From NCBI GenBank assembly GCA_973895155.1, contig OZ316893.1, forward strand, positions 20,588,857 through 20,652,856: a stretch of DNA of 64,000 nt, read 5' to 3'. The position numbers and the translations under genes are program-made. The stretch comes from Marsupella aquatica (lineage: Eukaryota > Plantae > Marchantiophyta). Positions 1 to 13,182 of this stretch are shown here, piece after piece. The notes under the pieces are model-generated. The model was given only the letters and a program-made list of their open reading frames with translations, was not told the origin of the DNA and searched no databases. Each line of letters opens with the position of its first letter. The stretch's first letter is position 1.

Positions 1-2
1 AG

Positions 3-1991
3 CAGAAAGCCCAAGTGACGAAGCTTGAGGCCAAACTGACAACTGCTTTGACAACGAAAGAATGCCTGGAAAAGAAATTGGCTCTGGTCAACGCTGAAAG
101 AGATGCTACATCAGGTGCATTGGTCCAGAAGAAAGCCCAAGCCAAAGCGATGAAGCTTGAGGCCGAATTGGAGACTGCTTTGACAACGACAGAGAATCTG
201 GAAAAGAAATTGGCTCTGGTCGAGGGCGAGCGAGACGCTACAAAACTTCAAATGGGTCGACAGAAAGCTCAGGAACGCAACGACGAGCTTAAAGTTCAGA
301 AGACTCTTATCGGCCAAAAACGGAAGCTTGATTCTGATATTTCGCAGAGACGGAAGGAAGCACAAGAAGATACAAGAAAGCTGGTGACAGCTAATCAGAA
401 TGACTTGGCCGAGGCTAGGTTGGAAATTGCCCACCTGAAGATGCGTCTCGAGTACTCGAGGGAGGAGAAGAATCAATTGGGATATAATCTCAGTGCCATA
501 CAGAAGGAAGCAGCCGAAGATAAGAGAGACTTGGTATTCGCACAGTCGGAAATAGTTCACCTGAAAAACTCCTTGAGGGAGAACCATCGACTGGAAAAGC
601 TGGAAAAAGATATCAGTCTCATACAGGAGGAAGCAGCCGAATCTGAGAGAGCTCTGATGCAAGCACATGCCGATATATCCCAACTCAACGAATCCTTTAA
701 GGAAGACGAGAATCAACTAGAAAAGCTGGAATATGATGTTAATCTCATGCGGGAGGAAGCAGCTGAAGACAAGAAGTTGGTGCAAGCACAAAAGAATGAA
801 TTGGACGAGGCTAGATCTAGTTTAGTCCATCAAAAGATGAAGCTCGAATCACTGAGGGAGGAGAAGAAGAATGTGGAACGTAACCTCAGTCTCATACAGG
901 TGGAAGCAGCCCAAAATAAAGGAATGTTGGTGCACGCAGATAATGAGTTGGGCGAGGCTAGGAGGAACATGTACCACCTGAAATTGGAGCTCGAAGCCTT
1001 GAGGGAGGAGAAGAAGCGTCTGGAAAATGACATTAATTTCACACAGGAGGGAGCAGATGAAGAGAAAAGGAAAACGATGCAAGCACAGAAGACTCAGTTG
1101 GCTGAGGCTACGAAGAATAAAGTCCACCTGAAAATGGAGCTTGATTCCTTGAGGAAGGACAAGAAGCGCCTGGAAAACAAACTAGAGAAATCAGCCGAAC
1201 AGAAAAGAAAACTGTTGCAAGCACATAACATTGAGTTGGACGAGGCTAGAACCAATACAGCAGAGTTGAAAAGGGAGCTCGAGTCGTCGTGGGAGGAGAG
1301 GAATCGACTGGCAAAGCTGGAATATGATATCTGTCGCGTACAGGAGGGAGCTGCTGAAGACAAGACAAAGTTGGTGCAAACACTGAGGGAGTTGCATGAG
1401 GCTAGAACGGATGTAGTCGGCCTGGAAAGGGAGATCGAATCTTTAAGGGAGGAAAAGAGGCGACTTGGACAGCTGGAATATGAGGTCCAATCGTTAAGGC
1501 AGGAAAGGAACCGTCTGGACTATGAGGTCAGCCGCATACAGGAGGAAACAGCTGAAGATAAGAGAAAGGTGGTGCACGAACATAGATATCAGTTGGATGA
1601 GGCTAGAACGCACATAGGCTACCTCAAATTGGAGCTCGAATCCTCGAGGCTGGAGAAGAATCGACTGGACAGTGCTCAGGAAACGATCGTCAGGAATCTC
1701 GAGGAAGCAAAAGCGCAAGTCGTCCGCCTCAAATCGGAGCTCCAATCTTTGAGGGAGGAGAAAAGTCTCCTGCACAGTGCTCATGAAAATCTAGTGAGAA
1801 ATCTCGAGGAAGAAAAAGAGAGAAGTCTGTGCCAAATTTGCCTGGACTCACCAAAAGACACCATCTCCTTTCCGTGTCTGCATTTACAATATTGTTACTC
1901 TTGCTTGGAGAAGCACAGAAAGCGAAGTAACACTTGTCCTAGTTGCCGGACCACCATCAACGGTGTAACTTGTCTGTCCTTACTATCCTGA
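3..1991 (+). CDS. Long coiled-coil protein with C-terminal C3HC4 RING finger (putative E3 ligase); 5' end lies upstream of the window
   Basis: The frame is open from base 3 to TGA at 1989-1991 with no introns. It is E/K/L-rich with repeated units like QEEAAEDKRKLVQA..ELDEAR..HLK.ELESLREEKNRL and ends in the RING CQICLDSPKDTISFPCLHLQYCYSCLEKHRKRSNTCPSCR. Confidence 0.85.
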   Translation, partial: QKAQVTKLEAKLTTALTTKECLEKKLALVNAERDATSGALVQKKAQAKAMKLEAELETALTTTENLEKKLALVEGERDATKLQMGRQKAQERNDELKVQKTLIGQKRKLDSDISQRRKEAQEDTRKLVTANQNDLAEARLEIAHLKMRLEYSREEKNQLGYNLSAIQKEAAEDKRDLVFAQSEIVHLKNSLRENHRLEKLEKDISLIQEEAAESERALMQAHADISQLNESFKEDENQLEKLEYDVNLMREEAAEDKKLVQAQKNELDEARSSLVHQKMKLESLREEKKNVERNLSLIQVEAAQNKGMLVHADNELGEARRNMYHLKLELEALREEKKRLENDINFTQEGADEEKRKTMQAQKTQLAEATKNKVHLKMELDSLRKDKKRLENKLEKSAEQKRKLLQAHNIELDEARTNTAELKRELESSWEERNRLAKLEYDICRVQEGAAEDKTKLVQTLRELHEARTDVVGLEREIESLREEKRRLGQLEYEVQSLRQERNRLDYEVSRIQEETAEDKRKVVHEHRYQLDEARTHIGYLKLELESSRLEKNRLDSAQETIVRNLEEAKAQVVRLKSELQSLREEKSLLHSAHENLVRNLEEEKERSLCQICLDSPKDTISFPCLHLQYCYSCLEKHRKRSNTCPSCRTTINGVTCLSLLS

Positions 1992-3790
1992 TGATGTAAT
2001 GGACGTGTCGACGTTATTTTCTAGGACTCCTTAAACGGCAAGTTGCTCGAACCGGAGTAAACGAGAGCACGCTAGAGCCTAGACGACGTCCTCTGGATGT
2101 GGCCTCGTTCTCCGAGTTCGAGCTGAATCTGTCCGTCCTTCAAAGTTTTCCAATCGATTTCTCTCCTCGAATTTCGGAACAGAGGAGTGCCATCGCACTA
2201 CGTCATTCACCCTGTGACCACTTGACCCGCTGTCCAATAAACAGGTTATGAAGCAGTTGATTCGATGCTTCATTTGAAGTAAGTTTGACGTGTATTTCTT
2301 CATTGTTTGGCAGAAGCTTGCTTGATCTTAGTTGGTAGGTCAAAACGTTGAAAAGGTTTTCGAAACTTTGATATGTCGGAGGACGCTTACAAAGCCTTCC
2401 TATGGGGAACGAACCGTACGCCTTTCGAGGTGGATGCAACGAGTTTCTCTCTTCAAAACTCCTTCACAAGCTCTGTGAAGTAGGCTACAAGAAGAACGCT
2501 CAGATTTCCGTCCCTACTTAAGGCTAAGCTACTGTAATCTTTCTAGTTGAGCGGAATCGCACTTGAGTACTCCAGGAATTCAAATTTCAAAAATTTGACA
2601 GGAGATTTTGGGTAGACAGAACTGCACAAATGTTACGATTGGTATACAATTCGTTCGAACGGAGAGATTTATGTGCAAATCGGTTTCGTGGAACGCGTGT
2701 GTAGAGTCTATGGCGAATTAAGATGCGGTATCTTATATACCTCTTGAAGCTCGGTGCTGATCCCTTCAGTACGCGGAATTCAGTTTCTGTGACAAACGAG
2801 CGAATATGACTGTCACTACCAGGCTTTCCAAAGTGAACCTGTATCAATCGTTGTTCATGAATACATACCAGCTGATCCGATCCTCTTACAGTAAAGGATA
2901 AAGAGAAACTATTGCTAGACGTCGTCCACACGCACGCCACGATCGACTTGCATAGAGTTCAGTGCGAGATCCCTCGTGAACTGGACTTGTGTTAATCTTT
3001 CTTCATGATTTGGAATACATACGAGCTGATCTAGTGAGAGAAGCTATTGCTAGACCTCTTCCACAGGCACGCAATGATCGCTTTGCAGAGAGTTCATTGA
3101 ATATGAATGCTGCAAATATGTACCTGGTACCATGCTCCTGTAAGTTGCTCAGATTCAACAAAACATTTCTTGGGGTGAGACAGGCTCCGAAGAGTGCAAT
3201 TCCGAGTCATCTGAAACTGTCCAAGCTAGAGCCCTATGGACCAGATTGCCTTAGTTGCAATCTAACCACTAGGTACCGGACGGTCCAATACTCCCGCCAG
3301 TACAGAGAAGGTCTTCTGAAATGCTCCTCCAAACCCTCGATGAGGACAACCACCAGATGCGAAAGTAATCACTGCAAACGGCATGAGATGGAACTGCCCC
3401 CTGGGTAAACATACACGTGACCAATGAAACATGATTGACCTTCGAGTCTTAGTGAACCACATCAAAAGAACGACCCGATGGCAGCTACTTTAAACAAATC
3501 GACTTTTTCCCAAAAGCAACGATGTAGATCACATTAGTATCTTTGACACGGAAAAAAAGTAGAAATCCCTGAAAACGGGCCAATTGACATTCAAGATACT
3601 TCATTTCAGAGATCCCTCTCTCGGGTACAAATTATTCCGCCGGTGGCTTAGTGTACAGTGCTCACTCCATGAGCTAGGGCTTTTAAATTCTATGGACACA
3701 ATTTTGAATCGAGACTCTTAAAATCTACACCATCAATGTCACCCAAAAACCTAAAGCTAGAAACCCATTGATTGAGAGGAATGCTAGCTT

Positions 3791-6700
3791 CTAGGTGCTA
3801 CTCTGTGTTAAGTCAAGGGTGAGGAGTGGCAAGGCCATTATACTTGCAAAAACTGCTACTAAAATAGCCGTCAACCAAATTGGAAACCGCTGCGAAGGCT
3901 TTTGGCGTGGACCCTTTTTCGATTGGACACCATTTCCATTGCCACCGGGCAGTACTTGTGAGGTAGCCTCCTGCACTACCGCAGGAGATTCCTGATGCTT
4001 TTGTAGTTTCTCTGCTTCAAGTTCAGCAGCTCGCTGCCTCTCTAAATGCTTCTCAACAAATTCCGGAAACATCCTTCGGAACACGGCACTGCCAGTCAAA
4101 AAACGAGAAATAAGGTTTTCTATAATTGCCTGATTTGATAGATGAGCTTTGAACCAATGAGATCTAACCCCCTAAACGGCAGGATCGAAGGTGAACTTTC
4201 TTACCTCTTGGCATTGTATGCAAGAGACATTCGTGCAAGCTTTTGCTTCTCTTCGTTTGTTGTGGAAACACTTCCTGTTGTGGGAGTGTTGTCCATCTGT
4301 AGGTTCATCGACCACAATTTTCAGTACCTCGAAAATAATGGACACAGTGGGAGCCTCGGAGAAGGCTCAAATACAATGCAGGACATGAAGCTCGAAACAC
4401 TAGATGAAATCTAAGAGTAAAATCCTCCCGAACAAAAATCTCTTACCATGAAGGACAGAAGGCCAGTGAGTATGCTGCACAACAAACGACAGAAAGTCAA
4501 TAAAATGTTAGCAATCGCGTCTTACTCATCACAAGTTCAAATCAGAGACCATGTCATACTACATCTGGTCACATTAAGATGGCTTACAAAACAAGAGTAG
4601 AACAACAGACGCAGTCTTTACACGTGGTCGTCATTTGTTCTAAACTAACTTCCTCTCAGCCATGACAAAAGAAATGAAATGAAACTCTACGATGGGTGGA
4701 CTCGAAAGCGAAAGGAATTACCTCGAAACAGACCACATGGGATTCCACGTCTCGGGATGGACTGCAGCACAGAACATAAGTCACCGAAAGTTAAAACAAC
4801 CTTAATGTGGTACATTCTTCTCATGAGTTGGAATCTATGCTGCTAACAATTTTCAGTGATGTGCTCTTTCTTCGAGAAAACAGCTTCTTTGAAAGGTCAA
4901 CAGCATCAAGCAGGGCCAATTGTTCATGATACGATAACCCATCATCGCAACTATGAACAGCAGCAACATCAGTCGACACTCTCTAAAGGTAGGGGTCCTC
5001 TGTACTTACAATCACTCATAGACATGCATATCCTCTTGTGCGTGGCAAATCGTCCATTTGGAGTTATCATACTGCACGATATTTCATTCACATCATCAAC
5101 GAATGAGACCATATCCAGTAAGAAAATTCTGATCAAAACGTAACTGAAAGCTTCTTCACGTCCGTTGGTCGGTATTGATGAAAACATCCAGTACCATCGA
5201 CAACTTAACTACCAACCTAGCTGGGACAAACCCCAACAACACAATGCATCCATTTAAGAGAGGTTTCATACCTGATGCCAGGTGGCTTGTAAGGATATTC
5301 TGGGGGAAATTTCACCTTGCCATGATATACTCCACCTGAATGAGAATAAGCAACCGGTGTACACATACATGTGTTAAAACAGACATGAGGGACTAATACT
5401 CCGAGACAGCTGCACATCCTGATCCTCGGTTTCTTGGTTTCAAGTAAAGGAAACACTTCTCATTTCTTCTGATATAGAAGTCTCCTTAGGGCCCTAAAAC
5501 CTTGGTATTCGTTGTCATTTGGACTATGGACAATTTCGACAGTAAACCTTCCATGCAGACTATACTACAACACATACCTCAACGTTTGATAATGATTAAC
5601 ACAGCTCAAAGCCAAGCGCAATATACTAGAGGCTAAAGAGAAAGATATTCAACATAAACAAACCTTCAAAAGGAGTCCCTTCACTGCCCTCCAAAACGTA
5701 GTCTGCACCCACAAGCCGAGGAAAGGTTAAGCACATCAATTTCACCGATTCTGCAAAGACAGCTGCCGCACCTTACAAAAACTTTCAACCCACTCGAGTG
5801 GTTCATGAAATGCACCAGAATGAAACAAGTAGCCAACGTAAACGCGGGAGAGAATATAAAGAATTAGCCTCGTAACAATTTTGATAGTTTGAATGGCAGC
5901 AATTAAGAACTTACGCCATTCCAAAATGTCGGCAGGTGATGGTCGTGCCAAAATGTGTGGAACAGGTTCCTTCACACAAAATAACCGATTGTACACCTGC
6001 AGTTAGATTAGGCTCTTCAAATATGCAGCATACGAGGGCATGCAAATGCCTTCTCATGGACCACTGTAAGAGTCATATTACTGTCAACATGGCACGATTA
6101 TTATATTCAAACAATGCCAAGTCGTGGACACACAGGCTTCTTCGATTGTTTTATCACCCTTGAAAAAGAGGAGAAATATAAGGCATCGTCTAGACCTGAT
6201 CCCTAAGCTAGGCTTCACTGTCAAGCTTGCAATACGACTCTGATCTTCATCGGCAATGCTGTTCTACTAAAAACGAGATCATGTTGCTGAATCGACCCCA
6301 AGCTTTGAAGAGGCGTCGTCAACAAGTCTAACATTCAATTAATATTACTAAAAAACCTATTGGAGAAAACAACGCTACCACACTTTGGATCTCAGAACCG
6401 TAATTCAAGAATTCATCGTGCGGTACAGTCGGCCGACCTTCACGAATCACAGAAAGAGAAGCCAGCCAAATCACTACTAATTGTCACGATTGACAGAAAT
6501 CAGCGCCTCGGATCAAATTCAATATAGACTACTGTAAATGGGACAACGGCAGAGCTGTCAGACTAAGCCGCAAAGCTCTTAAGAGGAAGAAACAGGGATC
6601 CATGAAATACCACACACCAGGGCGCAACAGAGTTTTCATAGACAGCACAGTGGTCAAACCCTAATTGGAAAGGTGAACTTCCCGGTGAACTTCAAAACCA

Positions 6701-6823
6701 ACTAGGTCTGCTTGATTTGATCAACATGAAATACAACGATCATGCAGCTGGTTAAGAAGAATATACCTTCAACAAAGCTCTAAACTCCTTCTGCAGCCTT
6801 TTCACGCAAGCTCTTTCTGCCAT
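3791..6823 (-). CDS. UBC34: Ubiquitin-conjugating enzyme E2, Ubc6/UBE2J2 class with C-terminal membrane anchor (plant UBC33/UBC34-like), 9 coding exons
   Basis: Manual splicing with GT-AG and consistent phases: 6823-6767, 5969-5915, 5702-5664, 5335-5272, 5071-5010, 4761-4722, 4474-4447, 4296-4205, 4088-3791. This gives MAERACVKRLQKEFRALLKEPVPHILARPSPADILEWHYVLEGSEGTPFEGGVYHGKVKFPPEYPYKPPGISMITPNGRFATHKRICMSMSDFHPETWNPMWSVSSILTGLLSFM... with a hydrophobic tail (IWLTAILVAVFASIMAL). UBC33 and UBC34 cannot be distinguished. Confidence 0.93.
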
Positions 6824-7851
6824 TTCCTACAGTCTTCTTTACTTCATGCAGTACTGTAGCAGCAGTGAAGTTTTATAATTCCCGAGATAATACCGTAAAT
6901 GCCTGGGACCGACTTCGAAGTCTATTGGGACTGTTCTCAGTCACAACCTTGGGGTCAAATAATATGATGACGGCTTCACGGCCTCAACTTGTCCAGCTAC
7001 AATGATGTCCTCCCAGTGTATGACCGACCTTACTGCATCACTCCTGACCTAACCTCCTCGGTCACAAATACTGTCCGTGAGAAAGGCAGTAAATCGAAAC
7101 TTCCTTCGACTGCGACACGGAAGTAAAGGAAGCCCTACTGCACCTATCAACCTGTGTGCGTGACCTGTCCTCCGACCACAGTCATACCAGAGACCACCAC
7201 CAGTTTTAAAAACCACAAGATCAATAAATAAATAAACCCGACCACGACCACCAAAAATCAGCACAATCCCGCACTCCACTTTGCTCCTCGCCCTCAGTCT
7301 CCTCCCCCCTCTGCTCCCCTTCTCGCAGATTCGCAATCACCCAATTCCCTTGCGACTCCTTCCGCAAATACGCAGTCGCTCGATTCCAGTGTCCCAACTT
7401 CCTGCTTTTGCCACGACCCGTCCTTGCAGTAGTCTGGATGCCGAAAATCAATAGCGCGAGCCAGTGACCGAGCGAGCGAGCGACGAACCACCGCTAAACA
7501 CTCTGTGTATCCCAACACCGCTCTCGCAACAAACACACACACACAAACACACACACTCGTATTGCGTTGAAGGTGGTGGTGGCAATCAAGCACCCGCAAC
7601 GACCTATACTCCTCGCCACCCTGCACCACCGCCTCTTCTCCTCAGACCGCACTACTGCAGGTCCGCCTTCTCAGTCCTAGGCACCGCCCGTGTCTCCGCC
7701 TCTCTTGCTGGCCGATGGCTCGATGGCACAATCGACGACGTAGCTCGCCGATCGATAATTCAATCCGCAGACCTCGACCACGACGATGGAGAAGAGCTGC
7801 GCAACAACTTCAAATCAAATTGAACAGATTCACAGACCAAAGCAAGCGAGC

Positions 7852-7852
<1 letters not shown>

Positions 7853-7886
<34 letters not shown>

Positions 7887-8260
7887 GGACGGTGGGAAGC
7901 CGGGCAACGAGAATACTCGACCGAATGGCAGAAACCAACTACTCCACTTACGAAGGATGGCCCAACAAAGAAAACGAGGAAACACTCGAGGAAAGGGCTA
8001 CAGACAGAAAGACACAGAGAGAGAGAGAGAGAACGGTGGGAAGGGGAAGAAGAGGGGGGCGGGGGGTGCGCGTGGGGACTTGGGGAGAAGTGGGGGCGGA
8101 ACCACCCTAGCATCCCAAACAACGGGAGTACGAATACAGACAGAGAGAGAGAGAGAAAAAAGGATGGGAAGAAGAAGAGGGGGGCGGGGGGTGCGCGTGG
8201 GGATTTGGGGAGAAGTGGGGGCGGAACCACCTTTGCATCCTAGACAACGGGAGTACGAAC
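7853..8260. repeat. (GA)n microsatellites plus a ~125-bp direct duplication upstream of the UBC gene
   Basis: (GA)n run at ~7853-7884. The segment GAAGAGGGGGGCGGGGGGTGCGCGTGGGGA.TTGGGGAGAAGTGGGGGCGGAACCACC occurs at ~8047 and ~8173. Confidence 0.8.
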
Positions 8261-9930
8261 CACAGCCTTTTAGGCGCATGGGCTACAATAGTACTAGGAC
8301 ACGCGCCATGCAACTGGGCCGTCAATTTTTGGGGAGGCTTTTGGAACACCCCATCTATTTGAAAAAAATTCAACCAATTAGAGTACTTTGTTCCTTGGTA
8401 TTGTACTGGAGCGTTATTTTTGTACATGGTCTCGAGTATTTTGAAGGCCCAATCATGGACCACATTTCACCACAACTAGCCCCATGTCCAGTTCCTTGAA
8501 TGTAAATGAATATGAAGAAAAATTTTGGACAAGAAAATTCATATGCTATTTTGGTTAGTCTTAAATTTATATATTATTTTGGTTAGTCTTTGTCCCATCC
8601 TTGTTTGTCCCATCCTTGTTTTTTTTCATACTCATTTCAGTTTTGTCTTTATTTAGAGTTGATGTCACTTTTGTCAATCCTCATTAAAATTCTTGACCTT
8701 ATTGAGTCTCATTGTCAGCTTTGGCTCTATCCCTCCTTGGTGATATGCTAGAGGAGTAAGTAAGCTACACTTCCATCAAAGTGGGAGTGAATTTATGGCC
8801 ATTTGGTTGAGTTTTCCATCATAAAATGCAGATGGGAAATTTTTATTAAATTAATTTCCATTGTGTTGACACGAAATTATTTTGGGATCCATGTGTTTCT
8901 TTAGCTCACCTCCTCCATTATTTGACCATAGTTAATTTCAGGTCACCATAATAATTTTAGGACTTGCATTAGTTTGTTGTGATGTGTCACCCATCACTCT
9001 ACTGGAATGATAGTATACTGAGGAACACCAAAGGAACATAAGAAACCCTTTGACTACTATGGATAAAAGAATACCAAATGAATGTAATTAAGAAACCCTT
9101 TGGCTTTTATAACATTTTGCAATGAGTCTATGGATATAAAAGTACCAAGGGAAAGTTGCACATGCACTTCTTCCATGAATAATCTACTTGTTTTTTCCTC
9201 TCATCTTTATTAATATTCAAACCTATTCCAATATGCAACTCTCCATGTGTTCTAACTTAGTTGTTGATACCATCAAACTTACATAACCAAGGGGTCGTTG
9301 AATTAATTATCATGCAATGAGTTTAGGGTTTATGGGAAGGTTAGCAATACTAGTGCAACAGTTTCGAAGAAATGACAATGTCCACGGCATGGACTGGTTA
9401 GTGCCGGGGTTATGATCTGACTCACAGATACCAAGTATGGTTCTGCTGCTACAATTAGCCAGGCAAGGGGCAGATGCTATATAAACTAGTCTAGTAGGAG
9501 CTTGACACTAAACTTAGCCAAGTAATGGCTCCCTATCAAAATTAGCCCTAGCATGGGTGAACTAGCATGGAGCATCAAACGACTGCTATACTGCCATGGG
9601 GCTCACATAAAGTTATTCTAAAATCAACCAAAAAAATAAAATATGCAAAGCTGACTCTTTTGGTGAATGGAGTAGACGAGCTGCATGGTCAACTCTCAAA
9701 ATTGACACGCACTAAAGGTGCCTTGGAGTCGTGCTATATATTACTGAAACCGGCCATGCAGGGTAGGTATCCAGGCTTTAGTACTAGTAGGACCATGGGC
9801 AACAGGTGGAACCCAGCATTTCTTTTAGTGGCAAAATTTTGCCAAATTCCACAATTTCAAGAAGCCTCCACCAAGGTTGGTTTTGGGTTCATAGCCACAC
9901 ACTCTCCTGGTCATAGGGAGTATAGCGTTT

Positions 9931-10409
9931 TACTAACCTGTCCCTCAAACTACCAGAATTTAGTGAGGTGTCCCCAAAACAAAATGTACTTACTAACCAA
10001 CCAGCCCTCCCTTTCATATAAGGGTTAGTATTGCCTTAGATAGGTGGACGCCACAATTTCAAACTAAAAAGACCCAAGTTTCAGGCCAACAAGGCCACAA
10101 AAAAATGACAGGAAATGTTGTTTTTTTCTGAGTAAATGTGATTTTTTTTGGTCTCGCTTTTTTTGTGCTGCATCAGAGTTCAGAACTTCCGGAAGGCAGC
10201 ACGTAAAAGGGTAAGATCAGCGGGTTTAGCTCACAGCCAATGGGAGCTTGCCATGTGATAGCGGGAGGCCCTACAGCAATGAGGACAGAGGTTGAATTAT
10301 GTCTCGTAAGACAATACTAACCCACATACAAAATGTGGGACAGGTTAATAAATATATTTCTTTGGAATACACCTTAGCAAATGTCGGTAGTTTAGGGGAC
10401 AGGCTAGTA
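9931..10409. mobile_element. MITE-like element with long imperfect terminal inverted repeats
   Basis: TACTAACCTGTCCCTCAAACTACCAGAATTT (9931) matches the reverse complement of AAATGTCGGTAGTTTAGGGGACAGGCTAGTA (ending 10409). An inner pair GGGTTAGTATTGCCTTA (~10022) / TAAGACAATACTAACCC (~10307) extends the match. No clear TSD. Confidence 0.55.
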
Positions 10410-10761
10410 GGAACCTGTAGGGCTTCTTATTAGGCACAACAAGATGACTCTCGCACGAGAGATATAACATAAAAAATTAAAAGAATAGAGAATGTACTTT
10501 AGCATACACTAGCCACCCTGGCCAACTAGAACAAAGCTGGTGAAAATCGCAGCTTTTCAGCATCATGGAGATTCTTGACGTCAGTCAGAGCCCCAGTAAT
10601 CAAATGCCATGTCGACTGTTATTTTGCCCCTCTTTACTCTGTCCACATACTGTCGCGAGTTGCTGGGAGTCCACTTTAGATGGCTGAATGGAAGGTCCAG
10701 ACCTTTTCTGAGAACATTCTCCTTTCCAAACCTGACAGCACGATTCACGAACGTACTAATG

Positions 10762-11172
10762 AAAAGTTCAGTACAATTCTCACGATTGATTCCTAGAACT
10801 AAATATTCGGACACGTTGATCAAGCAAGATCCGTGAGGACTGGATTTCTCCTGATGCCCAAGCAGAAGTATTAGTTGTCCATAATTCGCAACATGCGGAA
10901 AGTTCAGGTACAATTCTCACGATTGGTTCCTAGAAATTAATATTCAGACACGTTGATCAAGCAAGATCCGTGAAAAACTGGATTTCTCCTGAAGCCCAAG
11001 CAGAAGTATTAGTTGTCCATAATTCGCAACATGCGGAAAGTTCAGTACAATTCTCACGATTGATTCCTAGAAACTAATATTCGGACACGTTGATCAAGCA
11101 AGATCCCGTGAGGACTGGATTTCTCCTGAAGCCAAGCAAAAGTATTAGTTGTCCATAATTGGTAACATGCAA
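10762..11172. repeat. Tandem repeat, ~137 bp x3
   Basis: The unit AAAGTTCAGTACAATTCTCACGATTGATTCCTAGAA...CCATAATTCGCAACATGC starts at ~10762, ~10898 and ~11036. Confidence 0.9.
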
Positions 11173-12546
11173 ACGTTCGCAGGACAATGAGTTCTCGGAG
11201 TTCTTCCCCAATGTACACACGTGGAGTTTGGATCTGGCAATCTATTGTTTGCAACAGGGGTGAATAATGACTGTAGAAGGGGGGCCTTCCTGGATGGTGT
11301 CGCAGTCGCTCATACGCAATGTACTTCAAATCACAAACTGGGTTGATTTCATATGGGAAGCTGATTTCCAAGGCTTTGTGAATGCCCTTGAACTGTTAAG
11401 AAGAGAGTTATATAGGTATTAAAGAATGACGGGTTGACGGGCCATTATTAAGGCCAGGGCTGCTTATACGATTCATACGCAGTTCACTTCACCTCATATC
11501 ACACAACTAGACTGATTTCAGATTGGAAACTGATTTCAAAGGCCTTATGAATGCCCTTGATTTGTTATGAGAAACAAAGGGTTGAAGAGACTTGCATATG
11601 TGCTCTCTGCATCGATACAATTGTTGCTAGAACATTAATCTTGAAAATGGGGGCTACACGTTTCTCTGCTGCATATATTTGGTTTGTAACTCATCGCAAG
11701 ATAAAAGTTAGGCATGTACAACGTACAAGGCTCATCGAGCTAGGCCTAGCTGGACTCTGCATGCTGAGTCTTCTGGTGGCGATCAGTCAAAGAATGCCCC
11801 CTGTGACTTTGATGCTCTTGGGTACGAAAGCATTGAATATCTCACTTGCTCGTAGGACCAGAACGCCAAACAAATAATTGTCCATAGTGCCTGTGCAATG
11901 GCTATGCCTTTCTGCTCAGAGAGTTTGTTCGATCCGGTATGATAGAGTGGAAAGACAAGAACGTCGCAAATTGCTGATGAAGTTTGAGGCCTCGATGACA
12001 TGTTTGCATATCGTCAATGGTAAAGCACTTTTCTAATAAAACAAGGCTACCCTTTCAATTCGAGGCATCGGTCGGGTCCTTCAGAATTTCCTCCAATTTC
12101 ATGTTCAAACCTTCATGAAGAATCCTCTTGTCCATCTTTCCTTCTGCGTCTTCTACACCAAATACAGTCTCAAGAAACCTGAATTCTTTCCAGAACTACG
12201 AAGGAAAATTAAGAGGTTGGCCATAAGTAAAATCTAGAGCTCGTGAAAAATCTGAAGCCCTTTCAAAGATGTAGCTGAAATGATCTCAATGTGACAGCGA
12301 GATTTGAAGACAACTTCGTAGTAGCAAGGTGTAGTTGAAGATTGGTAACAATGAATATGCAACTTGTCCTATGAAATTGCTCTACTAGCGGTATTAGTGT
12401 TCACAATGGATATGCAATTTGTCCTACAAAATTGCACTACTAGAGGTATTTACTCTTCGAAAATCGGCATATCAGACGGGTCCAGTTGTGTCCAATCTGA
12501 TCTAATGGTGGCAAAGTATGATGAAACGTTACAAGAATTATTTAAG

Positions 12547-12928
12547 AACTATGTACCCCTATGCACACACCAGTCCACAATCGTATACTTTCTACCATTT
12601 TCCATAACTATCCCTAGCTCATCATATAACAGATGCATATCAATCCCAGCTTAATGTCCGGTGGATGATACAGCAAATATTGCGACCCCAGCACTGGTCA
12701 CCTTCCCGTTGCTACTACTAACAAAACTACTGTACTCAACTATGTACCCCTATGCACACACCAGTCCACAATCGTATACTTTCTACCATTTTCCATAACT
12801 ATCCCTAGCTCATCATATAACAGATGCATATCAATCCCAGCTTAATGTCCGGTGGATGATACAGCAAATATTGCGACCCCAGCACTGGTCACCTTCCCGT
12901 TGCTACTACTAACAAAACTACTGTACTC
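12547..12928. repeat. Essentially exact 191-bp tandem duplication
   Basis: AACTATGTACCCCTATGCACACACC...ACTACTGTACTC occurs at 12547 and again at 12738. Confidence 0.92.
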
Positions 12929-13182
12929 TCTATCCGTTCAATTCCAATTCTGACATTCATCTAAGTATCACTTTCCCTCTGCACTAAAAACTGCACTTAC
13001 TGCGTACGCCAATGATGAACAAATCAGTGAAGGGGACGGGGGAGGACGACGGGGGTGGGGGGGCAACAGAAAATGTCGCCCAAATAATAAAGTTGATAAT
13101 ATAGTTGATCTATGTCACAGCACACAAATTAGGACATATTATGACTTCTAGCTTGCTGTACATTAGAAACATTGATGGATGA

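Noticed and set aside
7464-8499. Several overlapping 90-240 aa ORFs
   Set aside because: They arise from GA/CT microsatellites and a GC-rich duplication in the UBC promoter region, and are low-complexity with no domain.
10762-11172. Regularly spaced repeats (also 21535-21716 and 37259-37467) as CRISPR arrays
   Set aside because: The units are contiguous tandem copies with no unique spacers, there are no cas genes, and the context is eukaryotic.
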